Of a stretch of DNA of 64,000 nucleotides, positions 54,207 through 64,000 are shown in pieces. Each line of letters opens with the position of its first letter. Position 1 is the stretch's first letter. Source of the DNA: Camelus dromedarius (taxonomy: Eukaryota); NCBI RefSeq assembly GCF_036321535.1, contig NC_087447.1:42534001-42598000 (forward strand). The letters run 5' to 3'. Below the pieces are notes generated by a model. The model was given only the letters and a program-made list of their open reading frames with translations, did no database searches and had not been told where the DNA came from. The position numbers and the translations under genes were made by a program.

Positions 54207-54323
54207 AAGTGAAGGGGGTCCTGCCCACTAGTGTATCGCCCCACGTGTCCCTGCAGTGCGGTAGGAGTGGTGGAGGAGACAGGTGCTTCCTCAGATGTCA
54301 CTCTGGCATTCACCTCTCTTCAG
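54207..54323 (+). CDS. SCUBE2: SCUBE2 exon 12 (spacer)
   Basis: Acceptor ttttgtcctgtctag|; [39 protein letters not shown]; donor gtgagt; 117 nt. Confidence 0.94.
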
Positions 54324-54538
54324 GTGAGTGGGTCGCAGGCCCTGGGGCAGGTCCTCATGTCAGGGCTAGGCCTTCCTGGTGTTAGATGCCCTCAAAGGGC
54401 TTCCAGGTCTTTGACCACTGGAGGCCCATGCTTTGAGACCCTGTGTTCTGGGGGTTTCTCTAGTGGTCCACGTGGAGTGGGGGTGGGGGGTGATTGGAGC
54501 TGCCACCAGGAGAGAAAGTAACCCTGCTTACGCGCTGA

Positions 54539-54748
<210 letters not shown>

Positions 54749-55239
54749 TAATCTCTTTGATGCTGTGAGCACATTACAGGATGTTCTTGCCTGTGGCCTT
54801 GGTACCTGCCATCTGACTCACCACATAGCAGATGCTTACTGAGTGTCCACTGTGTGCCGGGAGGCTCCGGGCAGCCCTGGTGGGTCATCATATTGGGCAG
54901 GGGCCCACGTAGCTCTGGGCCTAGAAGACTCAGGTCTCCCCAACTCCCTGTACCATTGAGCACCTCAGAGACCCCGCAGGAAATGTGTGCTTGGGCACAT
55001 GGCATTGGTGGAGATGGTGGGCATTGGTGGGCATGACAAGGGGAGAAAGGGGCCCAAACCCCTTCTGGTTTGTCAAACGACAAAGAATGACATTGAAAGC
55101 ACTTAGGAGGCCTAGTCTTCCCAGATTAAGACACGTCTGTGATGATGTCATGAGAACATCTGAATAGGGAAGTGGTTCTCAGTGTCCATATGATGTATAT
55201 GAGCAAAGCTAGAGACTCACAGCATGGGGATAACAGCTC

Positions 55240-55830
55240 GTGTGAATTGACGGAGCAGTTAAAACGTGCCAGCCACTGTCGACATGTATTAGCTGATTTC
55301 ATCCACACCACAGCCCTCTGGGGCAATGTTACTATTATCCTCATAAACAGATGAAGAAACGGAGGTTCAGAGAGGTGAAATCAAATATCCAAAGTGACTC
55401 AGATAGGGAATAGTGGACCTAGGATTTTGACCAGGCAGTCTAGGTCTAGAGTCTTAGGCACTATCCTCCACTGCCCCTCTGGCCTGATAATTTGGACCCA
55501 ACCAGAGGGGACATTGTGGTCTGTTTCACTAAAACCCTCAGTGATGATCCCTTGGAGATTAAGGCTACCCCAACGGTAGGCAAGCAAATAGTTAAGTTAT
55601 TCAATTCAGACAGTATTTCAATACGTACCAGACAGTAGGCTGAACATTTTTTTGTTTTTGCTTTGCATTATGTTGTTTAATCTTCACAACAGCCTAGTAA
55701 CGTAGGGACTGTAATTGTGTCTGTCTTACAGAAGAGATAACTGAGGCTTAGGGAAATTAAGTAACTTGCTCAAGTTCTCATCACAAATGCAAGAGCTGGA
55801 ACTTGAAATCTGGTCATTGGCTCCAGACCC
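55240..55830. mobile_element. Two MIR elements
   Basis: acagatgaagaaacggaggttcagagagg and ttacagaagagataactgaggcttagggaaattaagtaacttgctcaag. Confidence 0.75.
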
Positions 55831-56397
55831 TAACATATAGTTAAGACTGACTGTGGAAGGAGAGCAGAATTTTCCACGTGAGGCCCTCAGAGTAGGACCC
55901 TTGCTCCCTCACAGACCCTGAAAATCCTAGGCACAGTTAGAGCCTGCCATCCTTGTCTGGAATGGTGGCTCCCTCAGCCCTGTCCTCGCAGGACAGGCTT
56001 GTATAGGAGATTCTGCCCCTTCATTTCCCTCAGCTGTCTTGTCCAAATCTGAACTAGGGGATTCTGGCCTTCCTTCTTGGAAAGGCACAGAAATGACCTC
56101 ATTTTCAGCTCCCTGTTGAGGCCATTTTTGGCTCTCCCTTTGTTATGTTTGAGCCCTGGATTCCTCTCAGATGGAGGGATCAGTGTGACCCTTAGGAGGC
56201 CCCTGGTGCCCCTAGTCCCAGGAGAATTAGTGGGTACTCCATGATCTCAACTTTCCTTGGTCTCATCAGAGCATCAGAGGGGACTCGGTGTGCTGTGTAC
56301 AGTGGGACCCAGCCAGCGGAGAGCTCACCGGTACCCACGTAGGGTTTTCATTCCTTTGCCTCTGAAGGTAACACATCTCACTTGTTTCTTTCTGAAG

Positions 56398-56502
56398 ATG
56401 TCGCCACCGTCAGGACAAGTGTAACCTTTAAGCTAAATGAAGGCAAGTGTAGTTTGAAAAAGGCTGAGCTGTTTCCCGAGGGTCTGCGACCAGTACTACC
56501 AG
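56398..56502 (+). CDS. SCUBE2: SCUBE2 exon 14 (spacer)
   Basis: Acceptor ttgtttctttctgaag|; [35 protein letters not shown]; donor gtatgg; 105 nt. Confidence 0.93.
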
Positions 56503-57199
56503 GTATGGAATCAGCTGGCTGGTGCAGGGAGCTTGTCTGCATGTTGGGAAAGGGGTCTGTACCAAGCCAAGCCCTGCAGATGGGATCAAACAGTTCAGAA
56601 TCTCCAAGGACTCTCTTCACAAGAGGGAGAGAGCCTAGCCTGGCACCCCCATATGCTCCTGGGTTTATACTTCAGGGTATCCTTTGGGAGGTGCAAAGGG
56701 TGAAGCTCTGGAGAGACCTGCAAGTTCACAGGAATCAATAAGGGCTTAAGACAGGCTAGTAATTTGTGATCATACTCGGTTAAATTTTCTAGTTCTTAGA
56801 GTTTGCTTAAAATCTAAGCCAGAGAAATGAAAAAAAAAATGTTTGGCTTGGCAAGGATAATCTTTGATGAGCAAAGATGTAATATCCAGCTTTCATGCTG
56901 GATCTAGTTTTTGGAGGCAGTGATGCCACTGGCTTCAACAGAACAAATACTATCCAAGTAGACATGGCCTTATGCAAAGAGCAGAATCCAACACTCCTCT
57001 TTCTTCTCCAGCTCACATTTCCGATATTATTTCATAGAATAATTTTGGAGAATTAAAAAAAACAGTTTTCATGTATTAGGGAGTGTTCTTTTCCCAATCT
57101 ACCCTCAAATAAATCATACAAACAAATGAATGGAAAGTACTCTTGTCACTTTTGACTGCCTATTTTAGGTAACTAACCAAGATTAATTTTGGCACCTCA

Positions 57200-57690
57200 T
57201 TCATGCAGCCATTAGTTATATGTTTTCAAAGAATGCTTAATGACGTAAGAAAGTGTTCTTGTTACAATGTTAAGATGGAAGAAGAGAGACTAACATATTG
57301 TGTATCTAATACAACCCAAAATGTGTAAGAAGAAGTGTGAGTAGGAGAAAAATAAACAAAACTCGCCGTATCCTTATTAGTGGGTTATATCTGGGTGGAA
57401 GGATGATGAGTGATTCTAGTTTTTTTTCCTGCATTTTTCAAATTTTCCACAGTGAGCATTTATGCTTTTATATCAGAGGGGGAAAGCATTATTTAAAAAT
57501 AAATTTGGTCTGTAGTTCACTTAATGGTATTGTACTAATGTTAATTTCTTAGTTTTGATAAAGACACATGTTAATGTAAGATGTTAACATTAGGGGACCC
57601 TGGGTGCAGAGTATGTGGGAACTCTGAGTACTATCTTAGCAACTTTTCTATACATCTAAACTTATTTCAAAATAAAAAGTTTAAAAAATA
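57200..57690 (+). mobile_element. Old L1 (L1ME-type) 3' fragments
   Basis: gtaagatgttaacattagggga...gtatgtgggaactctgagtactatct...caaaataaaaagttt. Confidence 0.7.
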
Positions 57691-58660
57691 GATATGGGAA
57701 AATGGAAAGGGAGACAGGTTCGAAATAAGCATCTGTTCCATTTGAGATTTGAAGTTAACCTTTTGAAAAGGTAAGGTAGATCTTTAGGGGAAATTAATTT
57801 GCCTCGTCCTTCCTTTGGCCCCAATGACCTGTTGCTTTGAACATCCTTATAATGTTAGAGAAGAATATAATACAGATAATACAGCCTTTGAAAAAAAGTA
57901 GGATTGTAAAATAGAGACAAGTGAATTGTGTGGATGGTATGTGGACCTGCTCTTTGGTCCTAATTAACAATCATTAGTTAAGAGATTCACTGGAAGCCAT
58001 GGAGGGAGGAGTGATGGCCAAAGTCAGGAATGAGGATGTGCAAAGGCCTGTGTTACGTGACACTTTCACTCCCATCCTACCTGCCGTCATGATATTGTTT
58101 GGTTCTGTTGGTTCTTTGTGCCATTTATTGCTCCCGGTTGTCTCAAAACGAGACATCACTGTTGATGTGCTTTCCAGCTTTCCCTTCGGCTTGGAGTTTC
58201 TCCAAGGTCAGTTTCCCTGAAAGCAGGAGTCTCCTTTCTACCCCTGTGTTCGTTCTTTATTGGAAGCCTCAGCCCCTGCTTGGGACACCGTAGTCCAGCT
58301 TTACAGAAACCAACTGTGAGAACATGAATGCACCTTAACAAACCGCCAGTCAGGAATGCAAGACGAGCCCTGGTTCCCATCTTCCACATATGTGGCCGGT
58401 CGGTTGGAAATATCCAGCATTTATCTGTGAAAATAATTTTCAAGAGCTACATGGTAAAGTTATACAGGAGGCAACACTGGCTCTTCAAGATTAAAATGTC
58501 ATCGTGCTCCAAACTGAGGGCTTGCAACGTCTTGGCATCTGGAGTTAATCATTTGGTCCCTTGAGAGTTGTTTTAATGAAATGTTTACAGAGTTCTAGCG
58601 AATGCTCAGCTGAGTGCTTTGCCAGGATTTGGCTTCCGATAATTTTGTTTCTTCATACAG

Positions 58661-58816
58661 AGAAGCACAGCTCAGTAAAAGAGAGCTTCCACTACGCAAA
58701 CCTTACATGCAGCTCCGGCAATCAAGTCCTGGCAGCCCCTGGCCGACCGAGCACCACTCGGGAAATGTTTATCACTGTTGAGTTTGAGCTTGAAACTAAC
58801 CAAAAGGAGGTGACAG
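58661..58816 (+). CDS. SCUBE2: SCUBE2 exon 15 (spacer)
   Basis: Acceptor tttcttcatacag|; [52 protein letters not shown]; donor gttggt; 156 nt. Confidence 0.94.
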
Positions 58817-59200
58817 GTTGGTTTGAAAACAGTTTCTGGTGCCAGGCTTCCCACAGCTTGCTCCTTATTTCTTTGCCTTTCGCTTTTCATCATTCTTGGG
58901 GGGAAAAACAGTGTAACCACTGAAGTATCTCCTGTTTTGTTTTTTTTAACCCCCAAACTAAACTGAATTTGTTTGGAACCTGATGATTTTATTTGCTTTA
59001 TCAAAACCCAAAGCTACCATTTTGGTCAACAAATTTCTGTTTGAGTCGAATGCTGCCCAGCCTGCCAGGTGCCCAGCTCTGAATCTCTCCCCATCCTGTC
59101 CACAGAGAGCTGCGGTGGTGGGTCCTGCAGTTGGTCTGGACAGGCTCACATGTTGTGGCCTGACCCCCTACCCCCACTGCTGTCTCTCTCCTTTCTGTAG

Positions 59201-59407
59201 CTTCTTGTGATCTGAGTTGCATCATAAAGCGAACAGAGAAGCGGCTGCGGAAGGCTGCCCGCACACTCCGGAAGGCTGTCCACAGGGAGCGGTTTCACCT
59301 CCAGCTCTCAGGCATGGACCTCGAAGTGGCTAAGAAGTCTCCCAGAACGTCTGAACACCGGGTGGAGTCCTGTAGAGTGGGCCAGGGCCATGTAGGAAAC
59401 CAGTGTG
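59201..59407 (+). CDS. SCUBE2: SCUBE2 exon 16 (spacer with polybasic helix)
   Basis: Acceptor ctctcctttctgtag|; [69 protein letters not shown]; donor gtgagt; 207 nt. Confidence 0.95.
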
Positions 59408-59967
59408 GTGAGTGGCCTGCTGGCTGCAACATTCTTGCTAACACAACTGTCTTGAGCTCCAGAAGTAGTCAGGGTAAGCAAAAGCAAGCCTGGCCCATCC
59501 TTTCCTCCCCACTCTCCTTCCAGAGAACACCCTGGTCACCCACTCTCATTTGAGAACTACACGTTGGTGTCAGCAGTGCCTACTGGATTAGGGTCCCCCA
59601 GCACCCAGCATAGTGCCTGGCTTGTGGTGGACACTTAGCATGTCTGTTGAGTTGAGGGACAGAATGCAAGAGGCAGGGCTGATGAGAAGAGGGAAGATTG
59701 CCTTTTAAGGATCTGAGGGACCGTGGTCTTCAGAGCACTCTGGTTCCCCACCTGGGGCAGGACTGCAAGTATAAGGCATCCTTGAATCCTTTCAACACTC
59801 CACTATCACGGTTCCCCTATCATCCCCCTCTGGTCTGACCCGTGGTGGCAATGAACAAACTCCTGTCCATAGCTTTGTGCAGAGGCAAGGCTGGGGGTCG
59901 CTCAGCTGCCTTCTGAGATCCCTGAGCTTCGGCCCAGACTTTCTAGTACTGTCAGTTCCATGTATGT

Positions 59968-59990
59968 TGTGTGTGTGTGTGTGTGTGTGT
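59968..59990. repeat. (TG)n microsatellite (another at 14952-14973)
   Basis: Read directly from the sequence. Confidence 0.9.
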
Positions 59991-61679
59991 TTCAGAGTTA
60001 AATTTGAGACCCAGCACTTGAGCAATAAGATTTCTATTCCTCTGATGAAGTTCCAGGCAAGGGGAATCTGAGCAGGAGGTTCCAGGATGGTCAGTCCTGA
60101 GATTTATTAGTTTGTTGTGAAAGACTATTCTGGGCAATTATAAGAAGTTCTACCTAAGAAGTCTTAGATGGGGGGGAAAATTAGGGTCTCATTTTACAGT
60201 AATAATGGTAATGATTTATTGAGTCCTTCCCTGTCACAAGCATAGCACTAAGCACTGTATCCCAACCCTCATCTTGCCAGGTGGGTGTTACTGTGTCCAG
60301 TTTACAGAGGAGCAAGCCGGGGCTCAGTGGGCTAAGTGCTCAGCGCACACTAATGGTCCCACTCCAGAGCCTGTGCTCTAGCCTCAAGGATGGGGAATTT
60401 CGATAACCAGGCCCCTCCAGAGTAAACCAATGTCTTTTCTGAAGTGTCATTAGAATCCGAAGGCCTGAGAGATGAAGCTGGGGCTAGGGGTAATAAATCA
60501 GTGTTTCTGAAGAAGGAACACTGAGCCCAGGGGCACTTGTTCAGGAGAATTATCAGCAATAGCACAGCCCAACTCTGTGGCTTCACCAAAATGTAATGAA
60601 AATCAAGTGTGAAATCAAGTGTAACTGTTCTCCAGGGGCTGGATCTCAAATAGTCTTGACTTTTATTCCAGCTGACTCTCTTAAAAAGAAAGAAAGAAAA
60701 AAAAAATAGATAAAAACAACTAGCTGGTTAGTTTGTTCTCATTTAAAATTCTAAGAATTCCAGTTTCCATACCAAAACGGTGATGAGAGTTGGCTATTGC
60801 TGCCCTACTTTTCAGGCTAAGTTGCAGAAACTGTCAGGGACAGGCAGGCTGGTCGTCCTTCTCGCCTCTCAAAGCTGAGTTGTACCCCTTTCCCCCCAGC
60901 TGCTGTCCTGTTAGAAATAGGCCCTGCAGGCTCGCCAGGGAGCCTCTGTGGCCAGGTAGGAATTCAGGAAAAACTCGTGTCAAGGGCCCTGAGGAACAAC
61001 TCCCAGTGAGAATATTATCCATACCTCCGTGGGTATGCTTCTGGGGAATAAAGGCCCAAGGGTGAGGATCAGGGGTTACTTAACAGAGGCCCCGTGACCC
61101 TGACAACTTGTGAAAGACACTGAGTCCAGGGTTTATGTAGCTGTGTGACTGTGTGCCTGAGATGCCCGTCATGCTGAGTTAGGTTGGGTTTGCTTCTAAG
61201 GGAGGCCGTGTGTCTTGTCTCAAGAGCGCCCTCTAGCACTGGATGAATTTTGTAGCCCACAAGGGACCATATCAGGTTCACCGGGCCTGAGAGCAAGGTT
61301 GAAGATTTTACCCTGTAGAGGAAACAGCACGAGGAGCTACCAGTGAAATTCCTTCCTCCTGCTGGAGGGAGGAGGCAGATGTGAAGAAGGGTCAGGTGTG
61401 TTAGTTAGAAAGGCTTTTTACCCAGCAGACACATGGCACCGGCAGGCCACGGTGTGTGTGTGTGTATCTTATATTCCTGGTCTAGTCAGTGGTGTTAGAA
61501 CTTCGTAAAGACCAGGCTTACTAGTATTTTCTTAACTCTCATGGTACGTGCAGTGGAGACAAACTCAGGATAGCTCTTTCTGGAAATTATTTTTTGCCTC
61601 TAGAAAAGAGCCCCAAAAGTGTTTTGAGTCACCAAAGGACAGATAGGTCCATTATATTTTTCTTTTAAAATATTTTTAT

Positions 61680-63940
61680 TTAATTTTTAATACCTAAGTA
61701 ATGCATGTTTCAAATGGTACAGAAATGTACACAGGGTTGAAATTTTACCATCAGCTCCCAATCCCACTCCCCAGAAATAATTACTGTCAATAGTTTGCTG
61801 TGTATTTTTCCACATCTATTTTTATGCATATATAAAATTGAAACTGAGTTTACAGTTCTAGAGGAGGGAGACAGATCACAAACCAATAAAGAAGGAAATA
61901 TACCAAGTAGCAGATGGTGGTAAGGGGTGAAGAACAGGTGAGCAGGGAAGTGGAATGGAAAATGCCAGGGCATAGGGAGGGGTGAGGAGGAGTGTACTCC
62001 CCCAAAACATAGACTGTGTTTAGGGACTGTGGTCATTGAAAAGTGTTATTTGGACAGAGATGTGAAGGATGAGAGGAACCAGCTATGGGGACATCTGGAG
62101 GAAGAGTCCCAAGCAAAGGATAGAGCAAGTATAAAACCTGCGAGGCATTGAAAAGAAGACCAGGAGGATGGGAGCTGATGGAGGGAGCGCAGAGGAAGGA
62201 AGTCAGAGCAGCAGCAGAGGGCCAGATTGTGTGGGGAGTGGAAATCGTGGTGAGGACTCTGACTTTGTATCTGAGCGATAGAAAAGCCAATGAAGGGTGT
62301 TGAGCAAAGGAGTAGCAAGGTTCTGACTTACATTTCAGAAGGATGACTTTGGCTGTTGTGTTGAAAATGGGTTTAGGTGTGAAAATGGGTTTGTGTGTAT
62401 AGGTTTATGTGTGAAAAAAACATTTAAAAATAAATCAGTGCAATTTTAGTAGTGCTGTGTATTGTTTTTACTACAGAGTAAATCATGGACATCTTTCCAT
62501 GCTGATAAGAGGAGCTACCTTATTTCTGTGAAAGCTTCCTAGTCTATGTTTTAAGACACCAGTGTTTATTAGCCACATTCCTATTGGTGGACATTTAACC
62601 AAGTTATTCCTAATCTTTCTATTACAAACAATGCTGCAGTGAATATTCTTTTTGTGTCCAGGACCAATATTCCTGAAAGATCAACTTGTAGATGTCCAAT
62701 TGCAGGTCAAAGGACATGCATATTTAAAACTGGATAGATACTACTAAATTACTTTCTAAAAACATACTAATAGATACTCCTTCCAAAATTGTATCTGAGT
62801 ATTTTTGACCTACATCATTGCTAACATGGATTATATATCATCGATCTTTTAAATGTTTGCAAATCTGATAAGTAAAAATGATAGTCATTTTAACTTGTTT
62901 TTCATTGATTATTAGTAATACTGAGCATGCTGTCATATATTTGTGGCCATTTGGATTTCTTCTTCTGAGAATATCCATGATCTTTGCCTATTTTTCCATT
63001 GCATTGTTTGTTTTTCCAATATCATTTGAAAAAAATAAAATTTAAAGTCCCAAGTTATATAAAAGAACATAGTCACTTCTGACCAAACCTTTTCTTTCTT
63101 ATAGTCATTTTTATATAGTAAAGTCTCATTAACTTGGCATTTAAGGACTTTGGGGACAGCCTGCTCTGCAGGTGACCTTTGTACCATCTGTGATCAATTT
63201 TAGCAAGATGGCAAAAAAAAAAAATTATATTCTCCGAGGAACAAATTCCTTAAACTCATAGTAATTCATAAAGTCCTTCAGATCTAAAGAAAAATTAATG
63301 ATGACATGGATTTCTATTTTTCTTTAATAGCTACTTATCCTTTCATAAAGTGTACATTAGTTAAGGAATATACTTGCTAAAATATAAATTTTTTGTATTT
63401 TGATTATTCTTAAAACGTGCTGAAATTTTAAAAAGACATAATTCAGGCAGCTTGCAAACTGGGAAGTATTTCAGTGTTTGGGTTCTTGAGAGACTAGAAA
63501 AGTTTAATTCAGCTTTTAACAGTAGTAGCTTTCCTCTGCAGCAGCTGAGAAATTAATTCAAACACAATTTATTGAGATACCACTTAGTGCCACTCTGTGA
63601 ACCTGGGATGAAGCAGTGAGAACATAATGGATGAGAAGCCTGCTTTTATGAAGTTCATATTCTAACAGAGAGAGATGGTCAATTAGAAAGTAAAGAAAAA
63701 AGATAGCTTCAGAACTTATAAAGTTTATTTAACATAGTAAAACAGAAAGGACCGGGGGAGCAGAGATTACTGCTCTCTATGAGGTATTCAAGGAAGGCTG
63801 TCAGAGCAGGTTTGAGCTAAGACCTAAGTGAGAAGGAGGAGCTGGCTGTGCAAAACTCTGATGGAGGCAGAGGGTGCTCTGGTGGAGGAGATATCAGCAG
63901 ATGCAAAGGTTCTGAGGCAGGAATGAGCCAGGCATTTGCT
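61680..63940. mobile_element. Interleaved L2 (~61850-62370, ~63560-63940) and old antisense L1 (~62430-63010) fragments
   Basis: L2 motifs gactttgtatctgag...cagaaggatgactttggctg; L1 motifs ttattacaaacaatgctgcagtgaatatt and ggccatttggatttcttcttctgagaa. Confidence 0.65.
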
Positions 63941-64000
63941 TCTTAATTTTTTCAAAATTGAGAAATTGTTAGTAACTGAACAGTCAGAAAACTCCTTTTC

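Noticed and set aside
59408..64000. Next SCUBE2 exon (first Cys-rich repeat)
   Set aside because: No suitable Cys-patterned exon was found by eye; it presumably lies beyond the window.

Overview
Mammalian genomic DNA, most likely a camelid judging by two tRNA-Ala-derived Vic-1-like SINEs. The window holds the CpG-island promoter and first 16 coding exons of SCUBE2 on the + strand (23676-59407). These total 1990 coding nt, 663 codons + 1 nt, and all intron junctions are phase 1 with GT donors and AG acceptors. They encode a signal peptide, nine EGF-like repeats and the spacer, including an 87-nt candidate cassette exon. The Cys-rich and CUB exons lie beyond the right edge. The ~23 kb upstream and the introns are mostly decayed repeats: an ERV-L pol remnant, L1, L2, MIR, MaLR/LTR33, MER5A and a hAT transposase remnant. 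I found no convincing new biological system. The most interesting small-scale items are an HSP90B1 mRNA fragment at a repeat junction, a tail-less L1 patch replacing the centre of a MER5A, GLI consensus sites inside this Hedgehog-release gene, a diverged counterpart of the MIR5691 locus, an H/ACA-like hairpin insert, an in-frame upstream acceptor at exon 14 and a short telomeric tract beside exon 6. Repeat family names and comparisons with human sequences come from recollection, not from searches, and repeat boundaries are approximate.
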